Shown piece by piece: positions 19,121 to 29,211 of a stretch of 64,000 bases of DNA. Each line of letters opens with the position of its first letter. Position 1 is the stretch's first letter. The notes beneath the pieces are model-generated. The model was given only the letters and a program-made list of their open reading frames with translations. It ran no database searches and was not told the origin of the DNA. Source of the stretch: an uncultured Candidatus Poseidoniales archaeon (lineage in GTDB: Archaea > Thermoplasmatota > Poseidoniia > Poseidoniales > Poseidoniaceae); assembly GCA_000246735.1 (NCBI GenBank), contig CM001443.1:143669-207668 (forward strand), given 5' to 3'. The position numbers and the translations under genes are program-made.

Positions 19121-20875
19121 ATGGCAGGTCCATCCAAAGTTGAATTTCCAGGGCAGAAAAAGCAACGCGTCCGCATGCGCGGGACGAAGCACGCCAACGA
19201 AGCCACAGCGAATCGTATCAAGCGAGAGTTGGCACAATTGCTCGAAGATCCGGAAGAAAAACTTCCCACAATGATGTGGAAGGGTCGACTTCGTTGGGGC
19301 CGGAAAGATCCTGTGACGAAAACGCTCAACGAACTCAAAATTATCATCAAGAAAAAGAACGATGTTCGTTGGCTTGGAAAGCGAATGATGGCAAAGCGCG
19401 GCGATCCTGTTGCCAAGGCCTTTGCCGGTTCACTGCACGCCGCTCACGATGAAGATTTTACCATGGTTGGGAAGTTCAGTTCGGGTTCCTTCGGAGGAGC
19501 GTCGTTCATCCGACGTGGAGATGGTAAGCAAGGCTACCTTGCCGGTCTGCAAAACCATTCACACCTCACACTGCGCATGCTACCGTGGGAAGATCATGCC
19601 AAGCGAGGTATGTACTTCTTCACCTGGAAAGGTGGCTTTGTATGCACTGGGCCGAACCCCTCGCCTCCGGACGAATGGCTCGAAGATGTCCTCGATCGAT
19701 CACGATTTGATTTCACCAAAGACGATGAAATCCCGCTCCCGGTTTGGGTCACAAACGATCTCGATCCGAACGCAGTGTTGGAATTCAATCCAAGCGGAGA
19801 TGGATACGTCCGTTTCTCGTTCAAACACGGGCCTGTTGTGGCGATCGGTTTTGATGCACTTGGGGAATCTGGGAAGAAAGAAGCCTCCTTCATTCACCAC
19901 CTTGCTCTTTCGATGCTCCCTCCCTTCTTGCCTTCAATCCTCACGATTGAAGCAAACTGGGCGCCAAAAGGATGGCCTGAAGGAAAGGCACTTCCCGAGG
20001 CTTCTGCAGAAGGTATCGACAAGGTCATCGATGCATGGCAAGGCCTCACAATGAATGAAGGGTTGATTGCCATGGCAGTTCAACGGGCTGTTATTGACGC
20101 TATTGACGAAGGATTGGTCCTCGGAGATATGTGGATTGAAGGCAACGATCTCGACACTATCGAACAGGGTCTTGCCGACCATGCTGGGTCAATCGATGAA
20201 CGCCATCTTACCGCCCACATGCTCCTTGCTTCAATGAGCGAAGGCCCGACTGATGAAGTTGGAATGAGAATCAATCCAAGAGGCGATATCGCTGACCGCA
20301 AGGGTCAGGCGTTAGAAATTATGACTGGTACAAGCTGTGGAAATATTCTCGGCACACTTTGGGAAAAATGGGGCATGGCGGGCCTGGCTGGACTCGGGAT
20401 TGAAGGCGAAGAGGCTGAAGAAATCTGGAAGAAGCAGAACAAGAAACCCCAGCCTTTCGGCACCTTCCTCAAAGGCCTTGATTCTGCGCGAAGTCAAGCG
20501 CGCCGCGTGGCTCGATTCCCGACTCGGAGTGGAGAGTTTAGTGGCGCCGCAGGTACAATTCACGACCTTGTTCTCCAAGGTCTGCTCGATGGAATCGGAA
20601 AAGCTGAGCGTGTGGCAACGTCTCGTCATGCATCGATCGATGAAGCAGCCGCCTCATGGGCGTGGTTGCTTGCTGCAGGTCGCTCGGCCGGGCAAGATTG
20701 GCACTTTGAATCCAATGCAAGGGATCGTGCCGGGGCTTGGCTCGCCGCAACGAAAACCTTGCTTGCCGCAGGCGAATCCTTGCTTGCTACTGAGCCTGAT
20801 GAAGTCGATGGATTAAGAATTGAATGGCAAAGTGCCTTCGACGCATTGAAGGTCGTCACAGGCGAATCCATCTGA
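19121..20875 (+). CDS. Hypothetical protein
   Basis: 584-aa ORF with purine-rich RBS-like stretch (GAGGGGAG) upstream; basic N-terminus; no family recognised. Confidence 0.8.
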   Translation: MAGPSKVEFPGQKKQRVRMRGTKHANEATANRIKRELAQLLEDPEEKLPTMMWKGRLRWGRKDPVTKTLNELKIIIKKKNDVRWLGKRMMAKRGDPVAKAFAGSLHAAHDEDFTMVGKFSSGSFGGASFIRRGDGKQGYLAGLQNHSHLTLRMLPWEDHAKRGMYFFTWKGGFVCTGPNPSPPDEWLEDVLDRSRFDFTKDDEIPLPVWVTNDLDPNAVLEFNPSGDGYVRFSFKHGPVVAIGFDALGESGKKEASFIHHLALSMLPPFLPSILTIEANWAPKGWPEGKALPEASAEGIDKVIDAWQGLTMNEGLIAMAVQRAVIDAIDEGLVLGDMWIEGNDLDTIEQGLADHAGSIDERHLTAHMLLASMSEGPTDEVGMRINPRGDIADRKGQALEIMTGTSCGNILGTLWEKWGMAGLAGLGIEGEEAEEIWKKQNKKPQPFGTFLKGLDSARSQARRVARFPTRSGEFSGAAGTIHDLVLQGLLDGIGKAERVATSRHASIDEAAASWAWLLAAGRSAGQDWHFESNARDRAGAWLAATKTLLAAGESLLATEPDEVDGLRIEWQSAFDALKVVTGESI

Positions 20876-20881
20876 TTGGCC

Positions 20882-21484
20882 TCAATGAGGCAACAGAATC
20901 CAAATCGCCACACCGACGAGTGAGGCGCCCAAAGCTATGTTCAGTCGCTTTGCATTCTGTTGGGAACTGAACGAGCGTCGCAAGGCAACGCCGAATCCGG
21001 CCCAAACCAGGACTGCTGGGTATCCAGCGAAGGCATTGAGTGCCACAAGCGCCACTTTCGCAGTAATTCCTTGGCCAAACAGAGTCCCCCATGTGGCCAT
21101 GATGGCGAGGAAATGAATCCATGCCTTACCGTTGACAAATTGCAACATGGCACCGGTAAGAAATCCTAATTGATCCGTGCTCTGTGCTTCCTCAAGTGGT
21201 TTCGTTTCCGATTTCGCAATTACATAACCAAGGTAAGCGATGTAAGCGGCCCCCGCATAGGTTAAGAGATTGAAGAAGCCTTGATTGGATTCGATGGCGG
21301 TGATAGCGACGCCCACGATCACGCCAAGAACCGACCATCCAGTGAGCATGCCAAGCGTGAGAGGGATGGTTGAGCGGAAGCCGTGCTGGGCACCATGTGC
21401 AGCGCAGAGCATGTTGTTAGGCCCTGGCGTGAAACACATTGGTATGATGAAGACGAGCAACGCAATCAGCGCACTGGTGTCCAT
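20882..21484 (-). CDS. LysE/RhtB-family amino-acid exporter
   Basis: TPGPNN, GAAYIAYLG and QFVNGKAW motifs; about six TM helices. Confidence 0.85.
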   Translation of the reverse strand: MDTSALIALLVFIIPMCFTPGPNNMLCAAHGAQHGFRSTIPLTLGMLTGWSVLGVIVGVAITAIESNQGFFNLLTYAGAAYIAYLGYVIAKSETKPLEEAQSTDQLGFLTGAMLQFVNGKAWIHFLAIMATWGTLFGQGITAKVALVALNAFAGYPAVLVWAGFGVALRRSFSSQQNAKRLNIALGASLVGVAIWILLPH

Positions 21485-21508
21485 TTTTCATACCTCGATT
21501 GGAGCGAT

Positions 21509-22699
21509 TCAGACGTTCGCAAATCCACGCTCGATATCTGCCCACAGATCTTCGACGTCTTCGATTCCAATGCTCATTCGCACATAGCCGGGTACCAAGC
21601 CTGCTGCATGCCGAACATCTTCTGGGATCATCATGTGGCTGGAATTGAAGGGGCACTCGACCAGTGATTCAACGCCACCAAGGCTTGTTGCTTCGTAGAT
21701 CATTGTCAGGCCTCGCATGAATTTTAGAGCCGCTTCATCGCCGCCTTTAACGACAAATCCGATCATGCCTGTACCCTTAGGCATCACGCGCTGAGCGACT
21801 TCGTAATCATCATGGGAAGGGAGAGCCGGGTGGTTCACTCGCTCGATCATCGGGTGCGCTTCAAATCGTTGCGCAAGGGTGAATGCGTTGGAGCAAATCG
21901 TTGGCATGCGGACGTGAAGTGTCCTCATACCACGTTCCAAAAGATAGCTACTATGTGGGTCTGGCGAGCCGCCGAAGTGCACTTTGCGTGGGAAAATTTG
22001 AGCGATTAATTCCTTCGATCCAATAACAGCTCCACCGATGATGTCTGAATGGCCACCAAGATATTTGGTGGTTGAATGAATTACCAAGTCAACGCCCATG
22101 GACAACGGTTGGCATGCCCATGGTGAGGCGAAGGTGTTGTCAATGATGCACAACAAATTATGTCGCTTTGCGACGTCGACCATTGCGGGAATGTCACAGA
22201 CTTTCAACACTGGGTTGGTCAGTGTTTCGATGTAGATGAGTTTGGTGTTGGGTTGTATGGCTGCTTCGTAGGCTGCTGGATCTCGCATATCTGCCATGGT
22301 TGTTTCAATGCCAAAACGAGGGAGTTCTTCGGTCAAGAGACCGTACGTGCCGCCATAAACGTCGGTGGAGGCGACAACGTGGTCGCCAGAGCTGAGGAGG
22401 GACATCAGGGTGGTAGAAATTGCTGCCATTCCAGAAGCAAATGTTTCAGCGTCTTCTCCGCCTTCCATAGCGGTGAGTTTCTGAGCCGCTGCATCCGAGT
22501 TCACGGTTGAAAGGCGAGCGTAGAGAAGGGTGTGTTGTGCGCCTGCAGCCCATCCAGCATAGCGTTCATCTGTGAGTTTGTACGTCGAAGATTGAAAAAT
22601 TGGTGTGTTCACGGCATTCCCAATATGGTTGGTTCCGCTGTGAACTGCTTTGCTTCCAAAACCTTGGAAGTCGGTTGATTTTTTATCGCCCATCTTCAT
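21509..22699 (-). CDS. PLP-dependent trans-sulfuration enzyme (methionine gamma-lyase / cystathionine lyase family)
   Basis: PIFQSSTY, FASGMAA, ETLTNP, DNTFASP, HSTTKYLGGHSD (PLP lysine), SLGGVESL, RMSIGIED. Confidence 0.88.
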   Translation of the reverse strand: MKMGDKKSTDFQGFGSKAVHSGTNHIGNAVNTPIFQSSTYKLTDERYAGWAAGAQHTLLYARLSTVNSDAAAQKLTAMEGGEDAETFASGMAAISTTLMSLLSSGDHVVASTDVYGGTYGLLTEELPRFGIETTMADMRDPAAYEAAIQPNTKLIYIETLTNPVLKVCDIPAMVDVAKRHNLLCIIDNTFASPWACQPLSMGVDLVIHSTTKYLGGHSDIIGGAVIGSKELIAQIFPRKVHFGGSPDPHSSYLLERGMRTLHVRMPTICSNAFTLAQRFEAHPMIERVNHPALPSHDDYEVAQRVMPKGTGMIGFVVKGGDEAALKFMRGLTMIYEATSLGGVESLVECPFNSSHMMIPEDVRHAAGLVPGYVRMSIGIEDVEDLWADIERGFANV

Positions 22700-22730
22700 C
22701 CCTCATGCTTGTCGAAACTGTGGCCATCAT

Positions 22731-23705
22731 TTACTCTTCCGAATCAGCATGTGTAAACAATTCGACAACAATGTTGCCCAAGAAGAGTGCGCCACCTCCA
22801 ATTAGAATCCATGTGCTCCAGTCCACAAGGCCAAGCCCGAGGCCGTATGTCGTTGCCCATACCGGTTCAAGGGCATAGATGATGGCTGCTTGAATTGGAT
22901 GCAAATAGCGTTGGTACATGTTGAGCAAGAGTAAGCAGAAGAACGACCCCCCAATACCTAGGCATAGCACTGGAATAAATACGCCATCAGCAAAGATGAA
23001 TCGCCATTCTTCGATGCTCCGTCCACCTCCAAGCAGCAAGACCATGGCCACAGCCCCAAGAGCGACGACTGCGAACGAGGTTTGCGTTACACCAACCGGG
23101 TCCATCACTTGAGTGATCCTCTGGGTGTAGATGATGTGCAGTGCAAAAAACACGGCGCAAACCACCGTCATTACCTCGCCAAAGCCCCACGTCAAGTGTG
23201 GAGGGCCTTGTATGAATCCGGCACCGAATGTTGCGAGCAATACGCCGAACATCAGCACGCGAGAAGGCTGCGATTTGGTCATGAGAATCGTAATCAGTGC
23301 GGTAAACACCACGTAAAGCGATGTGAGGAACGCGGAAACAGCTGGGTTAATTTCGTCAAGTCCAATCATTTGAGTGACGAAGCCAACAAGCATGACGCCG
23401 CCAAGCAAAGCGCCGCCTTTCCATTGTTCTTTGTCTCGCAACGCAGCCCTTGCTTTGGGAAAGAAAATCACCATGACAAGTGCTGCAATCGCAAACCGAG
23501 CAGCAACAAGAACGCCAACAACTCTGTTGCTCCCGTACGCCTCGATCTCTGGCTGGAGTTCGTTGAGCGCCTGCTTCATCCAAATGAACGTCGCACCCCA
23601 AACTGATGTAACGACCAAAAGCGCTCCGATGGCTCTTTTTCGTTGATGTGGAGCAAACGGCGTCATTGCTAACTGAGCGTCATGCCCGACAGCCGACTCC
23701 GTCAT
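22731..23705 (-). CDS. DMT/EamA-family transporter
   Basis: VWGATF..K, RFAIA, SAFLTSLYVVF, AAIIYALEPVWA; about ten TM helices. Confidence 0.88.
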   Translation of the reverse strand: MTESAVGHDAQLAMTPFAPHQRKRAIGALLVVTSVWGATFIWMKQALNELQPEIEAYGSNRVVGVLVAARFAIAALVMVIFFPKARAALRDKEQWKGGALLGGVMLVGFVTQMIGLDEINPAVSAFLTSLYVVFTALITILMTKSQPSRVLMFGVLLATFGAGFIQGPPHLTWGFGEVMTVVCAVFFALHIIYTQRITQVMDPVGVTQTSFAVVALGAVAMVLLLGGGRSIEEWRFIFADGVFIPVLCLGIGGSFFCLLLLNMYQRYLHPIQAAIIYALEPVWATTYGLGLGLVDWSTWILIGGGALFLGNIVVELFTHADSEE

Positions 23706-23809
23706 GGGTGCGCCTCGATGGTTCGACTCATGAGGGTGACGCTTCAGACAGGGTCTTTTCAGCAACCACAACGCGAACACTCAAGGAGTGAATGAGGTGT
23801 GTGGCAGTC

Positions 23810-25189
23810 ATGACCAAGGATGCTGGTGCTGCCGAGCGTATCTGGGAGCACCCAATCGAAACCGGTGATGCTCCGAAAAATGGTGAGACGTTTGACGCCA
23901 TCGTTGTGGGTGGAGGCCCTGGTGGTTCGTCCGCAGCAGGCTATTTGGCAATGGCTGGAAAGAAAGTGCTGCTCATCGAAAAAGATGTGTGGCCACGCGA
24001 CAAAGTCTGTGGCGACGCTGTTGGAGGTAAGTCCCTAAGTCACGTCTCAACGCTTGGAGTAAAGGCAGACTTAGAGTCGACGCCGCATTTCCGTGTGACA
24101 GGTATTTTGTTTTCATCACCAAAGGGCAACAAGGTTCGCGTTCCACTTCCAGAAGAAGATGTTGCGAAGCTTGAGGCGGGCTATTCGCTTCCGCGCGCTC
24201 AGTTCGACGCACTGCTCTTCAAGCGGTGCCAAAGCATGGTCAGAGAAGCCGGTGGGTCTGTGATTCAAGGTGGGGAAGTTCGAACCGTGCTTTTCGATGA
24301 TGGTAACGGAGGCGGGGACCCTGGAGAAGGCAGCGGCGATGCGCGGCATGCTGCTGGCGTCATTGTCCGAATCGGTGGCAGGAAAGGAGAGGAATTCACT
24401 TTCCACACCCGTGAATTAGTCGGTGCTGCAGGGTATCGATGCCCCGTAGCAAAATCTGTCGTCGAGTCAAGTTACAATGAAGAAATGATGGACAGAGACC
24501 ACTATTGTGGTGGCTACAGAGAATATTGGCGCAACGTCAAGGGCTGTGAAGCTGCGAGTGGAGACATCGAGATCCACTTTGTCGATACGGTGATTCCGGG
24601 CTACTTCTGGCTCTTCCCTGTGTCCGACAATGTCGTGAACGTTGGCATTGGCATGGTGATGGGTCTGCTTGACAAACAGAAGAAGAAGTTGAAAGCCCTT
24701 CAAGCCGATGTCATCGCTAATCATCCAATGTTCAAAGATCGCTTTGCTGAGGCAGAGATGGTGGCGGGTTCGGCGAAAGGTTGGCAACTACCATTTGGCT
24801 CTCCCCGAAAGAAATCCAAGATGCATCCGCGCCGTTCGAGCATGAATGGGGTCCGGTTGGTCGGCGACGCTGCCTCCCTCGTGGATCCATTCTCAGGTGA
24901 AGGCGTTGGAAACGCACTCGTCACGGGAGAAATAGCTGCAAATCACATTTTGGGCGGAAAAACGCCCATCGAATATCAAGAGGAAGTTTGGAAGGTCCTC
25001 GGCCCCGAACTCATCAATTCCTATCGGATGCAAAAGTTGAGCCGCCGTTCATGGTTGCTCAATTGGTTTGTCGGAAAGGCGGAAAAGAAACCTGCTTTAC
25101 AAGAAATGATGACGGAAATGATTGCAAGTAAAGAGGCGCAAGAAAACCTTCATTCGCCTTGGTTCATGATGAAGACATTGCTCTTTTGA
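23810..25189 (+). CDS. Geranylgeranyl reductase-family FAD oxidoreductase
   Basis: GGGPGG FAD motif, PRDKVCGD, GYFWLFP, VGDAASLVDPFSGEGVGNA. Confidence 0.85.
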   Translation: MTKDAGAAERIWEHPIETGDAPKNGETFDAIVVGGGPGGSSAAGYLAMAGKKVLLIEKDVWPRDKVCGDAVGGKSLSHVSTLGVKADLESTPHFRVTGILFSSPKGNKVRVPLPEEDVAKLEAGYSLPRAQFDALLFKRCQSMVREAGGSVIQGGEVRTVLFDDGNGGGDPGEGSGDARHAAGVIVRIGGRKGEEFTFHTRELVGAAGYRCPVAKSVVESSYNEEMMDRDHYCGGYREYWRNVKGCEAASGDIEIHFVDTVIPGYFWLFPVSDNVVNVGIGMVMGLLDKQKKKLKALQADVIANHPMFKDRFAEAEMVAGSAKGWQLPFGSPRKKSKMHPRRSSMNGVRLVGDAASLVDPFSGEGVGNALVTGEIAANHILGGKTPIEYQEEVWKVLGPELINSYRMQKLSRRSWLLNWFVGKAEKKPALQEMMTEMIASKEAQENLHSPWFMMKTLLF

Positions 25190-25198
25190 GGTGCGGGT

Positions 25199-25987
25199 AT
25201 GGATGCGAAACTTGACGGTGTTGAAGCGGTCTTTCTCGACCTCGACGGTACGATCTACCTTGGTGGCGCACTGATTCCTGGAGCAATAGAATTCCTCGAC
25301 CGATGCGGCGAGCAGGGGGTCGCGCGGTACTTCCTTTCAAACAACTCAAGCCGTTCGGTCTCGCAGTACCTGAAGAAATTGGAAGGGTTTGGAATTCCTG
25401 CAGTCGAAGAAGACGTGCTACTTTCAACGCATGACCTCTTGGCGTGGCTCAAAAAAGAAGCCATCACTGAAACTTGGCTCATTGGAACCGAGGGCATGCG
25501 AGAAATGATGGAAGAAGTTGGTATTGCTACTCGTTCCACCTCGCCACAGTACGTCGTACTTGGTTACGATACCGAAATCGATTATGAGAAAATTGCAACC
25601 GGTAGCATTCACTTGCACGCCGGTGTCCCTCTCGTAGCAAGCCATCCTGACATGGTGTGCCCATCGCCAGATGGGGGTCTGCCCGATGTTGGCGCTTACC
25701 TTGCCATGCTCAAAGTCACAACAGGCGTCGATCCCGTTCACATCACTGGGAAACCAAACGCTGGAATGATTTTGCATAAGATTGAGGCACTGGGCCTTGA
25801 TCCTGCAAAGTGTGCCATGGTTGGTGACCGATTGTACACCGACATCGCAATGGCGACCCGCGCCGGCTGTGTTGGTGTCCTCGTGTTGTCTGGAGAAGCG
25901 ACCATGGCAGATGTGGAAGCCCTTCCAACTGGGGCTGAACAACGACCCACCATTATTGTCGAGAGCGTGGATAACCTCCTGCGGTGA
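25199..25987 (+). CDS. HAD-IIA (NagD-like) phosphatase
   Basis: DLDGT, SNNSSR, GKPN, VGDRLYTDI, LVLSGE. Confidence 0.9.
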   Translation: MDAKLDGVEAVFLDLDGTIYLGGALIPGAIEFLDRCGEQGVARYFLSNNSSRSVSQYLKKLEGFGIPAVEEDVLLSTHDLLAWLKKEAITETWLIGTEGMREMMEEVGIATRSTSPQYVVLGYDTEIDYEKIATGSIHLHAGVPLVASHPDMVCPSPDGGLPDVGAYLAMLKVTTGVDPVHITGKPNAGMILHKIEALGLDPAKCAMVGDRLYTDIAMATRAGCVGVLVLSGEATMADVEALPTGAEQRPTIIVESVDNLLR

Positions 25988-25994
25988 GTGTACT

Positions 25995-26930
25995 ATGTCA
26001 TTCAGCATTCGGTGGAAATGGTGGCGGGCGCGACGGATGTCGTTTCCTCACGATGAAATTCACAGAGCTGGAGATCTTGCAGAGACACGCTTAGCAAAAC
26101 TCTCTCGGGCTGCTGGGCGAAGGAACGGTTGGAAAATTTACGAATCGGTCCGGATTCCTGACCCCGATGGTGGGCGACGGGAAATCGACATGGTCATCAT
26201 AGGCGGGAACACGATGCTTGTGGTCGAGCAGAAGCATTGGGCTGGTTCGTTTGTGATTACAAAGGAGCACCATTTCGTTCAAAATAGGAACAATGGATCA
26301 CAGCACAACCACGACGGTGTGGCCGATCGAATTGCTCGGAAGGCGGACCTTCTGGCTGCCTTGCACAACAAACGGCTCGGTCTTACGGGAGATGATGAAC
26401 TTGACTTCCGGGTCATCGTAGCCATGACCCACCAACGTCTTGAATGGCCAAAAATTCCGGGTGACTTGAAAGCTGAAATGGTGAATGAAGCCGGATTTAT
26501 CAAACTGCTCGAGACAACGCGGCCAGGAGAACTGAACCAAGACCTCGTTGAAACGCTTGAGGGATTCAACACATGGGACGAGGTTCATCTCAACGGCGGG
26601 TTATTGCTGAAGGGTGATGTCTTTGGTCTTGGTCTTGGCAAGGATGTTGACGAATGGTTCGCCGCACGGACATCGGATGTCAATGCAAACCTCACACAAC
26701 GCCGTTCATTGTTCTCATTGTTCTCGAACAACCCCACAGAAGTTCACCTCAGCCGGGGTTCGAAGAACATCGAGGCGAAGGTCCCATTCGGACTCACCGT
26801 CAACATGCACGTTGTTGGAGAAAAACGGAGCCGCGAAGTGGATTGGGCCAATATTGAACGTATTTTTGTTTCAAAGCCACCTGCAGAATGGGCTGCTCAC
26901 GAGACGTCAAACAAAGAAAAAGCCTCATGA
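25995..26930 (+). CDS. NERD-domain nuclease-related protein
   Basis: AGDLAE..RIPD..REIDMVII..VEQKHWAG, a PD-(D/E)xK-like NERD signature; start at ATG 25995. Confidence 0.75.
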   Translation: MSFSIRWKWWRARRMSFPHDEIHRAGDLAETRLAKLSRAAGRRNGWKIYESVRIPDPDGGRREIDMVIIGGNTMLVVEQKHWAGSFVITKEHHFVQNRNNGSQHNHDGVADRIARKADLLAALHNKRLGLTGDDELDFRVIVAMTHQRLEWPKIPGDLKAEMVNEAGFIKLLETTRPGELNQDLVETLEGFNTWDEVHLNGGLLLKGDVFGLGLGKDVDEWFAARTSDVNANLTQRRSLFSLFSNNPTEVHLSRGSKNIEAKVPFGLTVNMHVVGEKRSREVDWANIERIFVSKPPAEWAAHETSNKEKAS

Positions 26931-26963
26931 GGGTTGGTCCGACGCTGCTGGTTCATGGCAGCC

Positions 26964-27257
26964 ATGTGGATTGAAGCAATCGGACTTCTTGCTGGCGTGA
27001 TTGGCATTTTTGCTTGGATTCCGCAGATCATTGAAGTATGGGTCCACAAGCGCCATGAGGGGCTCTCGTTGACTTCATTTGGCGTGGTTTCATTTGCGCT
27101 TCTTCTTTGGCTCGTGTACGGTGTTTTGGTGGATTCAATTGCGATGATTCTTGCAAACATCATGACTTTGAGCGTGATTGGCGCCATCATCGTTGGGGCT
27201 CGAAGGGCTCGAAATTCACATCAAATATCAGACGGGTCGGCGGAATCGTCAAATTAG
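26964..27257 (+). CDS. SemiSWEET/PQ-loop family transporter
   Basis: Three TM helices, WIPQI PQ motif, GLSL, LWLVYG Trp and ANI Asn conserved. Confidence 0.8.
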   Translation: MWIEAIGLLAGVIGIFAWIPQIIEVWVHKRHEGLSLTSFGVVSFALLLWLVYGVLVDSIAMILANIMTLSVIGAIIVGARRARNSHQISDGSAESSN

Positions 27258-27276
27258 TATCTCGTGAACAGAAGGC

Positions 27277-28107
27277 ATGGGCGACAATTTCTGGGACACG
27301 GTTTCCGACAAGAAAGAGGAGGGTACCCCCGCTCCTGACTCGCTAAACCCAGGAGTTCCAGAACGAGATTCACCACAAAAAATTGACCAATTACCGGCGG
27401 CATCTGCATCCGAGAATCTGCCGTCACAGGAAATGAAAGAAGGCTCGCAGTGGTCTGAATTGGAGAAGGAAGAAGTTGAGCCCTCATGGGGGGGTCAACA
27501 CGATTCAGTACGGGACGACGTAGAAATAAGTTCAGAGGTATGGAAAAGCATCGGCCTGTCCCTTGCCTTCACAGCGGTCCTTATTGCAGGTATTTTTTTC
27601 GTGACCCTCCTTGTTTCAGGAACGCTCGAAGACCACTCGATGAAAGACATGCCTCAGGTCGAAGCAACGCTTCTCGAAATGAATTCCTATACTGAAACAT
27701 CATGCAGCGATGATGGTGGCTGCACAGATACGTTGTATGTCGAGGCGTTGTTAGTCCTGCACTGCGCAAATGAAGAAGGTGATACGTGGGCTTGTGGGCC
27801 AGAAAAATCCGAGGCCTCATTTCCATTCTACTTTAGGTACGACTCTGGCTTCTTTGAACCGGTTCCCGCCGAGCACATGGACCAATCGGAATACCAAGAA
27901 ACGCACACGGTCGCCTACGACCCCATGGACCCTACAAGAGTCGATTTGCAACCTGGCTTCCAATTCAATTTCGAATGGGCCATACCTGTGTTCATGGTGT
28001 TAGTTGCCAGCTTTGTCGTTGGCCGCGCCTTATATCGAAGTGATAGCAGCCTCAAAGACGGCTACAGCAATCTCTTCAAACTGGCCACCGGTAAGATCGG
28101 AATCTGA
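27277..28107 (+). CDS. Hypothetical two-TM membrane protein (DUF3592-like layout)
   Basis: Acidic disordered N-terminus beginning MGDNFWDTV, TM helix, Cys-containing external domain with VAYDPMDP, second TM helix. Confidence 0.7.
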   Translation: MGDNFWDTVSDKKEEGTPAPDSLNPGVPERDSPQKIDQLPAASASENLPSQEMKEGSQWSELEKEEVEPSWGGQHDSVRDDVEISSEVWKSIGLSLAFTAVLIAGIFFVTLLVSGTLEDHSMKDMPQVEATLLEMNSYTETSCSDDGGCTDTLYVEALLVLHCANEEGDTWACGPEKSEASFPFYFRYDSGFFEPVPAEHMDQSEYQETHTVAYDPMDPTRVDLQPGFQFNFEWAIPVFMVLVASFVVGRALYRSDSSLKDGYSNLFKLATGKIGI

Positions 28108-28122
28108 TGTTAGCAATTGGAA

Positions 28123-29133
28123 TCAGTACGCCGATTTCGTGGTTTCGATGATGACAGCCCCAATCTTGTATGGGTCGCCATTCGATGCTGGCCGTCGGTC
28201 TTCAAGTCGACCAATCCAACCATCTTCGCGAACTGTGATTGGAATTCGAATCGAAGCACCTCGATCTGAAACACCGTAGCTGAATTGGTCGATGGATTGC
28301 GTTTCGTGGAGGCCCGTCAAACGAAGCTCGTTGTGTGCCCCATAGACGGCCATGTGCTTCTCGATGTTGCGACCAAATGCCTCACAAATCTTGTCGAATG
28401 TTTCCTTCTTTCCGCTTGTTCGCATGGCGTGATCTGAGAAGTTAGCATGCATTCCAGAACCGTTCCAGTCGCCTTGAACCGGTTTCGGATGGTATTCAAT
28501 GTAGTACCCATAGTTCTCTGTCAGTCGATCGAGGAGGTAGCGGGCGATCCATAGTTCGTCACCAGCGCGTTTCGCACCTTTTGCGAAAACTTGGAATTCC
28601 CATTGGCCGCAGGCCACTTCTTGATTGATTCCTTCAAAATTGATTCCTGCCTCGAGGCAAAGATCTGCGTGCTCTTCGACAAGCGAACGGCCGTGAGTGT
28701 TTCTTCCACCGACGGAGCAGTAGTAGAGTCCTTGAGGTCCTGGATAACCACCAACCGGGAAACCGAGGGGAAGTTGGGTGTCAACGTCCATGATGAAATA
28801 TTCCTGCTCGTAACCGAACCAAAAGTCATCGTCATCATCGTCAATGGTCGCCCGACCGTTGCTTGGGTGAGGGGTTCCATCTGCGTTGAGAACTTCGCAC
28901 ATCACGAGGTAGCCATTGATTCGTTGTGGATCTGGGAAAATGGCTACCGGCTTGAGGAGGCAGTCAGAAGAGCCACCTTCGGCTTGTCGGGTCGAAGACC
29001 CGTCGAACATCCATTCAGGGCAGTCTTCTAGGTCGCCCGAGAAATCTGATCTCACCATTGTCTTGCTTCGCATGTTTTGTGTTGGTTCATAGCCGTCGAG
29101 CCAGATGTATTCCAATTTCGCTTTATCCATCAT
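28123..29133 (-). CDS. glnII: Glutamine synthetase type II
   Basis: 336 aa; LEYIWLDG, FDGSST, PQGLYYCSVG, GINQEVACGQWEFQ, GDWNGSGMH, RLTGLHET, DRGASIRIP, EDRRPASNGDPY. Confidence 0.9.
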   Translation of the reverse strand: MMDKAKLEYIWLDGYEPTQNMRSKTMVRSDFSGDLEDCPEWMFDGSSTRQAEGGSSDCLLKPVAIFPDPQRINGYLVMCEVLNADGTPHPSNGRATIDDDDDDFWFGYEQEYFIMDVDTQLPLGFPVGGYPGPQGLYYCSVGGRNTHGRSLVEEHADLCLEAGINFEGINQEVACGQWEFQVFAKGAKRAGDELWIARYLLDRLTENYGYYIEYHPKPVQGDWNGSGMHANFSDHAMRTSGKKETFDKICEAFGRNIEKHMAVYGAHNELRLTGLHETQSIDQFSYGVSDRGASIRIPITVREDGWIGRLEDRRPASNGDPYKIGAVIIETTKSAY

Positions 29134-29162
29134 AGGTAACAGTCCTCTCCTTGGCGAGGCGG

Positions 29163-29211
29163 TATATCAAACATACGCTCACTTTTAGGTAGTTTTATTG
29201 CAAGTTATGAG
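29163..29211. promoter_or_regulatory. AT-rich divergent promoter region: TATA-like TTGATATA (minus, 29163-29170) and the start of a TTATG-AG-CATAA inverted repeat
   Basis: TATA-like box about 30 nt upstream of the glnII start; the intergenic region 29134-29373 is markedly AT-rich. Confidence 0.5.

Noticed and set aside
25995-26930. Anti-phage defence island around the NERD nuclease
   Set aside because: Single gene among metabolic genes, with no helicase, methylase or mobility neighbours
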